Shown here: piece by piece, positions 48,422 to 57,540 of the stretch
Numbering within the stretch: position 1 is the first letter of the stretch
Layout: the number at the start of each line of letters is the position of its first letter
DNA from: Candidatus Poribacteria bacterium
GTDB taxonomy: Bacteria > Poribacteria > WGA-4E > WGA-3G
Length of the DNA stretch: 64,000 bases
Direction: 5' to 3'
Assembly (NCBI GenBank): GCA_965198235.1
Contig: OZ240248.1
Span: 4,864,001 to 4,928,000, forward strand
Notes under the pieces: generated by a model
Database searches by the model: none
What the model was told of the DNA's origin: nothing
Seen by the model: only the letters and a program-made list of their open reading frames with translations
Made by a program: the position numbers and the translations under genes

Positions 48422-48450
48422 TTGACAAAATTTTGGATATTTTTGATAAT
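48422..48450 (+). promoter_or_regulatory. Sigma70 promoter
   Basis: TTGACA-N17-GATAAT. Confidence 0.6.
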
Positions 48451-48570
48451 AATTGAAGGTATATTGTGTAACAGAAGTTTAAGGCACAGATACTTCTGTC
48501 TCAAAAATTTTAACCTCCAAATATAAAAAAGGAGGTTCGGTTTGGTTATTCGCAACGCAAAGGACAGAAT

Positions 48571-49356
48571 ATGTTAGGGGCAATTATCGGGGATATTGTC
48601 GGTTCGATCTATGAGCCTAAAGATCGCCGGATTAAAACCAAAGATTTCCCTTTTTTCGGTGAGGACTGCCGTTTCACAGATGATTCGGTTTGCACGACTG
48701 CTGTCGCTGATACTCTCTTACACAATCTCCCGGCAGCGGGGACGATGCGGAAGTGGGGGAAACGGTATCCGAAGTGCGGTTTCAGCCAAATATTTAAAAA
48801 CTGGATCTATTCCGAGGCGGATGCACCCAACTGCACTTTCCGTAACGGCGCGGCGATGCGCGTTTCACCCGCGGCATTTCTGAACCGAGACGATTTGGGG
48901 GCAGCACTCGTCGCTGCTGACAAAGTGACCGTTATCAGCCATGACCATCCTGAAGGCATAAGAGGTGCTCGGGCGACAACTCACGCCATCTGGCTCGCCT
49001 TCCGAGGCGAAAGTCCTACAAGTATCCGCGAGGTTATCGCTGCCGAATACGGCTACGATTTGACAAGGACGGTGGACGACATCCGTCCCAGTTATGCTTT
49101 CGATATGACGTGCCAAGGCACAGTCCCACAGGCGGTTACGTGTGCTTTGGAATCAGAAAATTATGAAGATGCCGTGCGTAACGCTGTATCTCTCGGTGGA
49201 GACTCCGATACTCTTGGTTCGATTGCCGGTGCTGTCGCAGAAGCACTGCACGGTATTCCAAACGATATTAAAGAAGAAGCAAAGGTCGGCTATCTCGCCA
49301 AGGCACCTGACATTCTTGAAGTAATCTCGGAGATGTATCGAACATCAGACGGTTAA
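48571..49356 (+). CDS. ADP-ribosylglycohydrolase (DraG/ARH family)
   Basis: GAIIGDIVGS, FTDDS, NGAAMRVSP, HDHPEG, SLGGDSDT. Confidence 0.93.
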   Translation: MLGAIIGDIVGSIYEPKDRRIKTKDFPFFGEDCRFTDDSVCTTAVADTLLHNLPAAGTMRKWGKRYPKCGFSQIFKNWIYSEADAPNCTFRNGAAMRVSPAAFLNRDDLGAALVAADKVTVISHDHPEGIRGARATTHAIWLAFRGESPTSIREVIAAEYGYDLTRTVDDIRPSYAFDMTCQGTVPQAVTCALESENYEDAVRNAVSLGGDSDTLGSIAGAVAEALHGIPNDIKEEAKVGYLAKAPDILEVISEMYRTSDG

Positions 49357-49381
49357 ATCTGTAGAAGCGCGTACACACTTT

Positions 49382-51115
49382 ATGGAGGCACTCGCGTTTA
49401 ATACCACTTTGAAGCGTGATAGGTTTTACCACTGCCGTGTTTTAGAATGTGGTCAGCCGATTGCGATTATAACCTGTTTCATTCTGTTACTCCTCCTCAT
49501 CTCGCTTCCCGTACTATCAATAGAACCCTCTATCCATTTCACAGATGTTACCGATATAGCCGGCATCCATTTTACGCACGCCAATGGTGCAACAGGTGAG
49601 TTTCATCTGCCGGAGACACTCGGTGCTGGTGGGGCGTTCCTTGATTATAATAACGATGGCTACTTGGATCTTTACCTCGTCAATAGTGCTGCGCCAAGTG
49701 TGCTTTTCCGAAATAACGGTGATGGCACTTTCACAGATGTTACTGAGTCTGCTAAAGTCGACAATCAAGGGAGTTATGGACACGGCGTTGCGTGTGGGGA
49801 TTACGACAATGACGGTTACGTGGACATTTATGTAACCAATTTCGGTACGAACCGGCTCTATCATAACAACGGCGACGGGACGTTCACCGATGTTACGACT
49901 CAGGCAAATGTAGGCGATACCCGTTGGAGTAGTAGCGCGACTTTTTTCGATTACGACAGCGATGGCTACCTCGATCTCTACGTTGTTAACTACGTCAACT
50001 ATAGGTTAGATGCTTCCGCTCCTATCTGTTTTGAGAGTCCAGCTTTTGGGGCAACCGAGAAGGTTCGCGGTTACTGTCACCCAAAGCACTTTGAAGGCGC
50101 ACCCGATAGACTCTACCGAAACAACGGCGATGGCACCTTTACCGATGCTACAGATGCCGCCAACATTCGGGATCCGGGTGGAATGTTTCTCGGCAAAGGA
50201 TTAGGTGTTGTTGCCGCAGATTTTGATGCCGATGGCAATCCCGACATTTACGTCGCCAACGATGACACGCCAAATTATCTCTTCTATAACAAAGGCGATG
50301 GGACGTTCGCTGAAATCGCTATCCTCACAGGTTGTGCCTACAGCGCGGATGGCATAGCCCAAGCCGGTATGGGTGTTGACGCGGGGGATTATAACGGCGA
50401 TGGTTTTCTTGATCTCTTCGTCACCAATTTTTCCTACGAGACAAACACCCTTTATCGGAATAACGGAGACGGCACTTTCACCGATGTCAGTTATAAAGCG
50501 CGGCTTGGTGAAGAGAGTTATCTCTTTTTAGGATTCGGTACCGGATTCTTCGACCCTGATAACAATGGATCCCTTGATATTTTTGTCGCGAATGGACATA
50601 TTTTTCCAAATGTTGAGCGGACCACAGATGTCCTCTCATACAAACAACCGAATCAGCTCTACTGGAATCAAGACGATGGCACGTTTATCGAGATGCGATT
50701 TGAGGGTCAACGTGCTGTCAGCCGCGGGACCCTTTTCGGCGATTATGACAACGATGGTGACACAGACCTTTTTGTCACGCAGTTGAATGACAAGGTGACG
50801 CTCCTCCGAAATGAGAACCGCACTTCCAACAACTGGCTGCGTCTCAAACTGATCGGCACCCGAAGCAATCGCGATAGTATCGGCACACGTGTTACATTGA
50901 CACTCGGTGCTGAATCCCAAACGCGTGAAGTTCACCGAGGATACAGTTATCTCAGTAGCCATGATCCAAGGCTGCTCTTCGGGCTTGGAGAGCGAACCGT
51001 TGTGGATAAACTTCAGATCCACTGGCAAAGTGGTGTTGTGCAGATATTGGAAAACCTCGCGGCGAATCAAGAACTTGTAGTGACCGAACCTCTTTCAGAA
51101 TTAAGAGTAAAATAA
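49382..51115 (+). CDS. CRTAC1 family (FG-GAP repeats plus ASPIC/UnbV) protein; start uncertain
   Basis: Repeated DYDNDG..D.YV.N and RNNGDGTFTDV; GYSYLS....L.FGLG. Confidence 0.92.
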   Translation: MEALAFNTTLKRDRFYHCRVLECGQPIAIITCFILLLLLISLPVLSIEPSIHFTDVTDIAGIHFTHANGATGEFHLPETLGAGGAFLDYNNDGYLDLYLVNSAAPSVLFRNNGDGTFTDVTESAKVDNQGSYGHGVACGDYDNDGYVDIYVTNFGTNRLYHNNGDGTFTDVTTQANVGDTRWSSSATFFDYDSDGYLDLYVVNYVNYRLDASAPICFESPAFGATEKVRGYCHPKHFEGAPDRLYRNNGDGTFTDATDAANIRDPGGMFLGKGLGVVAADFDADGNPDIYVANDDTPNYLFYNKGDGTFAEIAILTGCAYSADGIAQAGMGVDAGDYNGDGFLDLFVTNFSYETNTLYRNNGDGTFTDVSYKARLGEESYLFLGFGTGFFDPDNNGSLDIFVANGHIFPNVERTTDVLSYKQPNQLYWNQDDGTFIEMRFEGQRAVSRGTLFGDYDNDGDTDLFVTQLNDKVTLLRNENRTSNNWLRLKLIGTRSNRDSIGTRVTLTLGAESQTREVHRGYSYLSSHDPRLLFGLGERTVVDKLQIHWQSGVVQILENLAANQELVVTEPLSELRVK

Positions 51116-51129
51116 CCTTGTAAATCCTC

Positions 51130-51296
51130 AAACCCAGTCGAGAATTAACCAGAAACCTGCCCGAAACGTTTCTCTAATTATGGGACTCCGGGCATCGCTC
51201 CACTCCGTTTCGCGATGGTTTTCGGCACAATTCACACTGGAACTTTGATTTACTGATTACTGATTGCTATTCTAAGATTTTAGCCCCAGCGGGGCG
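51130..51296. repeat. Hairpin-element cluster at the clpB breakpoint
   Basis: (-) CATCGC-GAAACGGAGTGGA-GCGATG-CCCGGAGTCCCATAATTAG; TTACTGA repeats; GCCCC-AGC-GGGGC hairpin. Confidence 0.75.
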
Positions 51297-53328
51297 GGAT
51301 GATGAAATCCGCCGTGTGATGCAAGTACTTTCCCGCAGACGCAAAAATAACCCTGTCCTCATCGGTGAACCGGGGGTCGGGAAAACGGCGATTGTAGAGG
51401 GGTTAGCACAACGTATCGCTGATGGTGATGTCCCAGAAAGCCTCCGCGATAAACGACTCATCGCCCTCGATTTAGGGGCACTCATCGCAGGTAGTAAGTA
51501 TCGCGGTGAATTTGAAGACAGACTGAAAGCCGTCCTTGCCGATGTGGAACAGGCAGAGGGGCAGGTGGTGCTCTTTATTGATGAACTCCATACCATCGTC
51601 GGTGCGGGTGCAGCGGAAGGTGCCGTGGACGCTTCAAACATGCTCAAACCTGCATTGGCACGGGGTGAACTCCGATGTATAGGCGCGACCACACTCGACG
51701 AGTACCGTAAACACATTGAGAAGGATGCCGCCTTGGAACGCAGATTCCAGCCCGTGCAGGTTGAAGAACCGTCGGTCGAGGACACGATTGCCATTCTTCG
51801 GGGCTTGAAGGAACGCTATGAGACACATCACGGCGTACAAATTCAAGACAGTGCCATTGTCGCTGCTGCTACCCTCTCGAAGCGTTATATCTCCAAACGG
51901 TTCCTACCGGATAAAGCCGTGGATTTGGTGGATGAAGCCGCGTCGCGTCTGCGAATTGAGATCGACAGCGTGCCAGAGGAAATTGACGAGGTGGAACGCC
52001 GGATCATCCAACTCCAAATAGAGCAACAAGCATTGGAGAAAGAGGAAGACGGTGCTTCCCAACAACGTCTTGAAAAACTGAAGGCTGAGCTTGCCGAACT
52101 CAAAGAGAGAGCGGATATCCTCAAAGCGGCGTGGCAGAACGAAAAAGCGAATTTGACGCAGATTGGCGAGTTGATGGAACAGATTGAAGCACTCCGTATT
52201 GAGTCGGAGCAAGCCAAACGGGCAGGTAACCTCGGCAGAGCCTCAGAAATTGAGTACGGCAAGATACCGGAATTGGAATCACGGCTCAAAACTGTCCGAG
52301 AAGTTTTGGAAACAGACACACAGGGCACGCAGATGTTGAAGGAACGCGTGAGTGCGGAAGACATCGCTGAAATTGTAGCGAAGTGGACTGGTATCCCTGT
52401 TTCCCGACTCATGGAAGGCGAGACCCAGAAACTCCTCAGCATGGAAGAACGTTTGCGCGAACAAGTGATCGGACAAGATGAGGCTGTTAGTGCTGTCTCT
52501 AACGCGATACGACGCGCTCGCGTCGGTCTCGGCGATCCTGATCGACCCCTCGGTTCTTTCCTTTTCATGGGACCGACCGGAGTCGGTAAAACGCATCTCG
52601 CCAAATCGCTCGCCGAATTCCTGTTTGACGATGCGAATGCCATGGCGCGTATTGATATGAGCGAGTACATGGAGAAACACACCGTCTCTCGATTGATCGG
52701 CGCACCACCGGGATACGTCGGCTACGATGAAGGCGGACAACTGACCGAAGCGGTCCGACAACATCCTTATTGTGTCATCTTGCTTGACGAAGTCGAGAAA
52801 GCGCATCCGGAGGTATTCAATGTCTTGCTCCAGATGCTTGATGATGGCAGAATGACGGACGGACAAGGACGCACCGTCGATTTCAAGAACACAGTTGTCA
52901 TTATGACATCTAATATTGGGAGTCAGTGGATTAGCGATGCGCTTTTGGATGCAAAAGAGATCCGTCGGAAAGTGATGGAAGCGGTACAGACACATTTCCC
53001 ACCCGAATTCCTGAATCGTATTGACGATCTGATTATCTTTGACCGACTCGGTGTTGCGGAATTAAAACGGATTGTCGCGCTTGAACTTACGCAGCTAAGT
53101 CACCGCTTCGCGGAGAAGGAGATGGCACTGACGCTTTCTGAATCTGCGAAAGAGGCGTTAGTGAAACGCGGTTTTGATGCGGTGTATGGTGCGCGACCGC
53201 TCCGGCGAACACTCCAGCGGGATATCCTCAATCCGTTGGCAATTCGGATGCTGGAGGGCACTTTCCACGATGGCGATGCAATCGCTGTTGACTTTAAAGA
53301 TGGGGAGTTCGTCTTCCGAAAGGCGTAA
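51292..53328 (+). pseudogene. clpB: ClpB disaggregase lacking the N-domain and start of NBD1 (5'-truncated; first start codon at 51316)
   Basis: [24 protein letters not shown]-domain, [27 protein letters not shown]; homology begins abruptly at GRD; no RBS. Confidence 0.85.
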
Positions 53329-53483
53329 TTTAATGGCTGTAGGGCAAGATTTCCGTGCCTCACCTCTGTCTTATTCCATTCTGTGGGCGAGGTTTCCCAA
53401 CCTCGCCCGCGAGCGTTTGACAAAATATTTACATACCCGGAGTATCTTCTTGACGCGAAAATAGCCAATAGGAGGAACTGATA

Positions 53484-53747
53484 ATGCTTAAACACATCAT
53501 AGATCCCGAAGTTGAAGAATACGATGATGTCTACGATGATCATGAATACCTCGCAGCCCAAGAGATGCAGCAGCAGGAGGGCATGCTCTTGAAACAGGGC
53601 AATGAATTCAAAGTCTCTGTCTGGCTAACACCTGAAGATGCTGAGGTTGTGATAACACTTGCTGAGGAACGCGGCATCCCAGCGGGTAAACTTATTGAGG
53701 AATGGATTCTTGAGCGTATTGATGAAGCGTTAGACATGGAAACCTAA
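53484..53747 (+). CDS. Small protein with CopG/RHH-like C-terminus (antitoxin-like)
   Basis: AGGAGG RBS; VSVWL.PED......LAEERGIP...LI.EWI.ER. Confidence 0.6.
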   Translation: MLKHIIDPEVEEYDDVYDDHEYLAAQEMQQQEGMLLKQGNEFKVSVWLTPEDAEVVITLAEERGIPAGKLIEEWILERIDEALDMET

Positions 53748-53772
53748 CCTTTTACAGAGGGAGGAATCAACA

Positions 53773-54024
53773 ATGAAACACTCAAATTGGACAGAAGCCG
53801 ACTCACGCAACGCCAAGCGTATCTGGGCAGAATACCAGGAACAGCACGATATTACCGAACGAATTGGACAGACAGCCGGTATTGATCCGAAAAGCGGCCG
53901 GATTTGGTTCGGCGATTCTGCTATAGAGATTGTCGAATGTCGACGCGCCGAAGGATTAACTTCTCCACTTTTCTTTGAACGGGTCGGCTTTAAAACCTAT
54001 TTTCGGAAGGGTGGGCGGAGGTGA
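53773..54024 (+). CDS. Hypothetical protein coupled to an aspartic protease gene
   Basis: GGAGG RBS; IDPKSG.IWFG, FERVG motifs; GTGA overlap with the next gene. Confidence 0.7.
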   Translation: MKHSNWTEADSRNAKRIWAEYQEQHDITERIGQTAGIDPKSGRIWFGDSAIEIVECRRAEGLTSPLFFERVGFKTYFRKGGRR

Positions 54025-54131
54025 TTCACGGAACAGTATCGACTTCGCGCGTCCCAACAATCACAGTCGCAATCGCTGGGCAAGAATGGACAACGACTAT
54101 TGATACAGGCTTCAATGGGGATATGGAATAG
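54021..54131 (+). pseudogene. Truncated clan AA (retropepsin-like) aspartic protease
   Basis: MIHGTV...IDTGFNGDME*; the stop is created at the start of the duplicated 80-bp block. Confidence 0.75.
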
Positions 54132-54147
54132 CCAATAGGAGGAACCG

Positions 54148-54342
54148 ATGATGCTTAAACACATCATAGATCCCGAAGTTGAAGAATACGAGGATGTCTA
54201 CGATGACGATGAAAAAGCGGCTCAAGAGGGATACCTGCGAGTCGTTGATGAATCTCAGGAAGACTACTTGTATCCTGAATTTTATTTCATTTTTGTTAAA
54301 CTACCTCGCAAAGCACAGGAGACAGTCGTAGCGACAGGCTAA
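54148..54342 (+). CDS. Chimeric small ORF
   Basis: N-terminus copied from the 53484 gene; unrelated C-terminus DEKAAQEGYLRVVDESQEDYLYP. Confidence 0.55.
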   Translation: MMLKHIIDPEVEEYEDVYDDDEKAAQEGYLRVVDESQEDYLYPEFYFIFVKLPRKAQETVVATG

Positions 54343-54368
54343 GTATTCGGTAACTCGACAAACTCTCC

Positions 54369-54397
54369 TTGACAATTCACTTCATTCAAGGTATAAT
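54369..54397 (+). promoter_or_regulatory. Consensus sigma70 promoter of trpA
   Basis: TTGACA-N17-TATAAT. Confidence 0.85.
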
Positions 54398-54439
54398 TGA
54401 GAAAACATATTAAGAGAAAGCCGGAACTCAATTATATCC

Positions 54440-55240
54440 ATGAATCGAATTGACAAAAAATTTCAAGAACTCCGAGACGAAGGTGCCAAGGCGTTTATGC
54501 CATACCTCTGTGCCGGAGATCCAACCCCCGAACTTACCTCCAAACTCCTCCTTACACTTGAGGAGGCAGGTGCAGACCTCATCGAACTCGGCGTGCCCTT
54601 TTCCGATCCGATTGCAGACGGACCCACCATCCAACGTGCGAGTGAACGCGCACTCACGCATCACATTTCACTCCAACAGATCCTTGAGATGGTCGCGACC
54701 GTCCGCAAACAGACGGACATCCCTATTGCGCTCATGAGTTACTATAACCCGATCTTTCGGATGGGGGAGGACGCATTTTGCAAGGCTGCACAAGACGCAG
54801 GAGTCGACGGTGTCATCGTCCCGGATATGCCACCTGAGCAGGCACAATCGCTCCTTGAAATCGCACCGAACTATAACCTCGCGACTATTTTTCTCGTCGC
54901 GCCGACAAGCCCATCTGAACGGATGCAATTGATTGCGTCCGTCAGCACTGGATTCGTTTATTGTGTTTCAGTAACGGGTGTAACGGGTGCGCGGGCGATG
55001 TTGTCGGACGAAATCGCGCCGATGATTGCAGAACTGCGAAAACACACGGACAAACCGGTTAGCGTCGGTTTCGGTGTGTCAACACCGGATCAGGCAAGTC
55101 AGGTCGCGCAGATCGCTGATGGCGTGATTGTGGGGAGTGCTATCATTAATGTCATTGAGGAGCATATTAATGACGAAGCGAAATTGCTCACTGCGGTGAA
55201 GCAATTTGCGTTAGATTTGGCTGCAGGGGTAAAACTGTAA
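54440..55240 (+). CDS. trpA: Tryptophan synthase alpha chain
   Basis: ELGVPFSDPIADGPTIQ, YYNPI, FLVAPTS, GVTGAR, VGFGVS, DGVIVGSA. Confidence 0.97.
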   Translation: MNRIDKKFQELRDEGAKAFMPYLCAGDPTPELTSKLLLTLEEAGADLIELGVPFSDPIADGPTIQRASERALTHHISLQQILEMVATVRKQTDIPIALMSYYNPIFRMGEDAFCKAAQDAGVDGVIVPDMPPEQAQSLLEIAPNYNLATIFLVAPTSPSERMQLIASVSTGFVYCVSVTGVTGARAMLSDEIAPMIAELRKHTDKPVSVGFGVSTPDQASQVAQIADGVIVGSAIINVIEEHINDEAKLLTAVKQFALDLAAGVKL

Positions 55241-55277
55241 AGAATCTCCCGAATTTAACAGATGGAGGATTCAATAC

Positions 55278-55883
55278 ATGGCTTATAGCAACTTCACCTT
55301 AGAAACAGTAAGAGAAGCATTTCAACTTGAAACACTTCAGTCTGTAGGCATTTTTTCCGAAATAGAGCGAGTTGAACCGAGTGTGGAACTTACCAAAGCG
55401 TTAGCCAAAAAGGTACCCTTAGCCGTCGCGATAGGCACAGAGAAGGCGAAGTCGGAGATGATAGTCGCCGATATACTCGTTGAACTCCGGGAGCACTTTG
55501 AGCATCGCATCAGCCTCTTTTCGGGCATTGATTTCAATGTTGATACCGAAAATGACTTGACGGGTGTGTGCGATTTTTTGGTGAGCCTGTCGCCAGAACA
55601 GTATTATTTAGAGGCACCAGTCATTATTCTTGTTGAAGCGAAAAAGGATGATCTGACAACCGGACTTGGACAGTGCGCGGCAGACATGGTCGCCGCCCAA
55701 CGCTTTAATATCGAGAAAGGGAACGATATACCGTGTGTTTATGGGGCTACCACAACTGGGATAAATTGGCTCTTCCTCAAATTGGAAGGGAAGCGACTTC
55801 ACATTGACATGTCTGCTTACATGCTTGAGCGATGTGACAAAATTCTCGGCATTCTCGCAAGCATGGTATCACAAAAAGTATGA
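55278..55883 (+). CDS. Hypothetical PD-(D/E)XK-fold-like protein
   Basis: MAYSNFTL, EKAKSE, LTGVCDF, VEAK....GLGQC.A.M.AAQ, YGATTTG..W.F. Confidence 0.65.
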   Translation: MAYSNFTLETVREAFQLETLQSVGIFSEIERVEPSVELTKALAKKVPLAVAIGTEKAKSEMIVADILVELREHFEHRISLFSGIDFNVDTENDLTGVCDFLVSLSPEQYYLEAPVIILVEAKKDDLTTGLGQCAADMVAAQRFNIEKGNDIPCVYGATTTGINWLFLKLEGKRLHIDMSAYMLERCDKILGILASMVSQKV

Positions 55884-55964
55884 ACACACGACTTAGGGAA
55901 AAGACTACTTCTCGTACCCGCGTTAATCTGTATAATCCGCGTAATCCGAGATTCAGACAATTAA

Positions 55965-56879
55965 CTACATACCGCGCTTGATGCCGAATTCCGCCTCAAA
56001 CGCCTCCCAAATATGTTCCGGGATGTCAGCCGTCGCTGCTTCATATCCGTCTTCTACCTGCGCTTTATCCGCGGGACCGAACATCACAACACCGTCTATG
56101 GGGGCAGCGAGACAAAACTGCATCGCCAGATGACGGATGTTGACCTCGCGTTCCTGACACCATTTCCACATCGTGTATGCCTTCGCCTCAATGTCGAAAG
56201 GTGCGTCAGGATTACGTCGGCGTTCGTCTTCAACTTTCGGTTCTGCTCCGGTTAGACTTCCCATGCCTAATGGACTCGCGAGGATAATGCCGACATCGTG
56301 TTGGCGTGCCTGCGGTAAGGTTGTCTCAGACGCAGATTGGGATAGCAGCGTATAATCTAAGAAAGTAAGGATAACGTCGATATGCCCCGTTTCGATGAGT
56401 TCTTTGTGGAATTCATGGGAGCGAACACCAGCACCGATATGTCGAATATAGCCTTCCGCTTTCATCTCTAACAGTGTGTCCAAGGCACGTCCCGGTGCCA
56501 GTACACTCTCCATATCGATTGGATCATGGATGAGCACAGAATCAAGGTAATCCGTGCGGAGGCTTTTGAGGCTGTTTGTGACGCTCCATCGCGTGCCTTC
56601 TGCGGAGAAATCTTTCCGGCGTTCTGGATGGGTGCCTACCTTCGCTTGCAAATAGACCTTTTCTCTCAATCCATCAGAGAGTGCTTCTCCCCAGAGATGT
56701 TCCGCGTGCCCCGGATAGGTGTCGATATAGTTGATACCGAGTTCGATGCCGCGACGGATTGCCCCAATAACTTCGGCATCCTGTTTCTGCCACATCCACG
56801 CCGCGCCGAGAGCGAGCGCGTTCGGTCGCATCTCAGTACGTCCCATCCGTCGAGTTTCTAATTTTGTGGTGGTTTCCAT
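55965..56879 (-). CDS. Aldo/keto reductase
   Basis: RRMGRT, GINYIDT, SLKSLRTDYLD..LIHD, EG.IRHIG, SPLGMG.L. Confidence 0.9.
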   Translation of the reverse strand: METTTKLETRRMGRTEMRPNALALGAAWMWQKQDAEVIGAIRRGIELGINYIDTYPGHAEHLWGEALSDGLREKVYLQAKVGTHPERRKDFSAEGTRWSVTNSLKSLRTDYLDSVLIHDPIDMESVLAPGRALDTLLEMKAEGYIRHIGAGVRSHEFHKELIETGHIDVILTFLDYTLLSQSASETTLPQARQHDVGIILASPLGMGSLTGAEPKVEDERRRNPDAPFDIEAKAYTMWKWCQEREVNIRHLAMQFCLAAPIDGVVMFGPADKAQVEDGYEAATADIPEHIWEAFEAEFGIKRGM

Positions 56880-56892
56880 AATTGTCCTATGG

Positions 56893-56921
56893 GTTACGGC
56901 ACGACGGAGCGTGCCTACTAC
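56893..56921 (-). repeat. GTAG-type REP overlapping the upstream stop codon
   Basis: Reverse strand GTAGTAGGCACG-CTCCGT-CGTGCCGTAAC. Confidence 0.7.
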
Positions 56922-57517
56922 CTTGCGAGTGCTCGTTTTAACTTGTGTGTGGATTCGGCGAGTGACTCTTGCAGATACGGATACGGGAAACCACCCCACC
57001 GATCAGGCGGCGGCTCGTCCGCTTGCTCAATTTTCAGGTTCACAAAAATGGGTCCAGTTTCATTCCATATCTTCGAGAGTGCTGCATCAAGCGCGTTTGA
57101 ATCGTTAAATTCATAAACCTGCTCAAAACCAACACCTTTCGCAATCGTGGTCCAACTGAAACCTGAGTTGCCGGCAGGCACCGGTTGATTGCCCGTGACT
57201 TCGTAGGTGCCGTTGTCACAGACGAAAAGCAGATAGTTAGGTGGTGGTGTGTTCAGAGCGGTAATCGTCGCCAATGTACCTAAGCACATCAACATGCTGC
57301 CGTCCCCGTTGAGCACAATCACCTTTTTATCGGGTTTGGCGAGCGCGATGCCGAGTGCAAAGTCGGCGGCGTGTCCCATCGCACTTCCGACGGAAGCGTA
57401 ATCCAACGGATGTGTTGATATTTTGCCCCACGGAACGGTAGTTCCCATTGTCGTAACGACAACTTCGTCTGTACGTTGGTTTGCGATAAGTTGTAGACAT
57501 TCTTCCTTGATGAGCAT
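56918..57517 (-). CDS. TPP-binding subunit (sulfopyruvate/phosphonopyruvate decarboxylase beta-like)
   Basis: MGHA...ALGIAL, GDGS.LM.LG.L.T, DNGTYEVTGNQP. Confidence 0.8.
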   Translation of the reverse strand: MLIKEECLQLIANQRTDEVVVTTMGTTVPWGKISTHPLDYASVGSAMGHAADFALGIALAKPDKKVIVLNGDGSMLMCLGTLATITALNTPPPNYLLFVCDNGTYEVTGNQPVPAGNSGFSWTTIAKGVGFEQVYEFNDSNALDAALSKIWNETGPIFVNLKIEQADEPPPDRWGGFPYPYLQESLAESTHKLKRALAR

Positions 57518-57540
57518 AGTTTTCCCCAGTTTGTTTGAGA

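Larger units (their letters stand above)
53460..54206 (+). repeat. 80-bp direct repeat (53460-53539 and 54127-54206)
   Basis: RBS plus first ~19 codons duplicated; 3 mismatches. Confidence 0.95.

Noticed and set aside
48571-49356. ADP-ribosylation toxin-antitoxin or defence system
   Set aside because: No ADP-ribosyltransferase or other partner nearby; a solitary ARH is common.
51885-52995. Long - strand ORFs opposite clpB
   Set aside because: Typical antisense shadow ORFs; no RBS or recognisable motifs.
55923-55960. TAATCYG nonamer-spaced mini-repeat as a regulatory site
   Set aside because: Lies between convergent genes and occurs once here; cannot be interpreted from this window.
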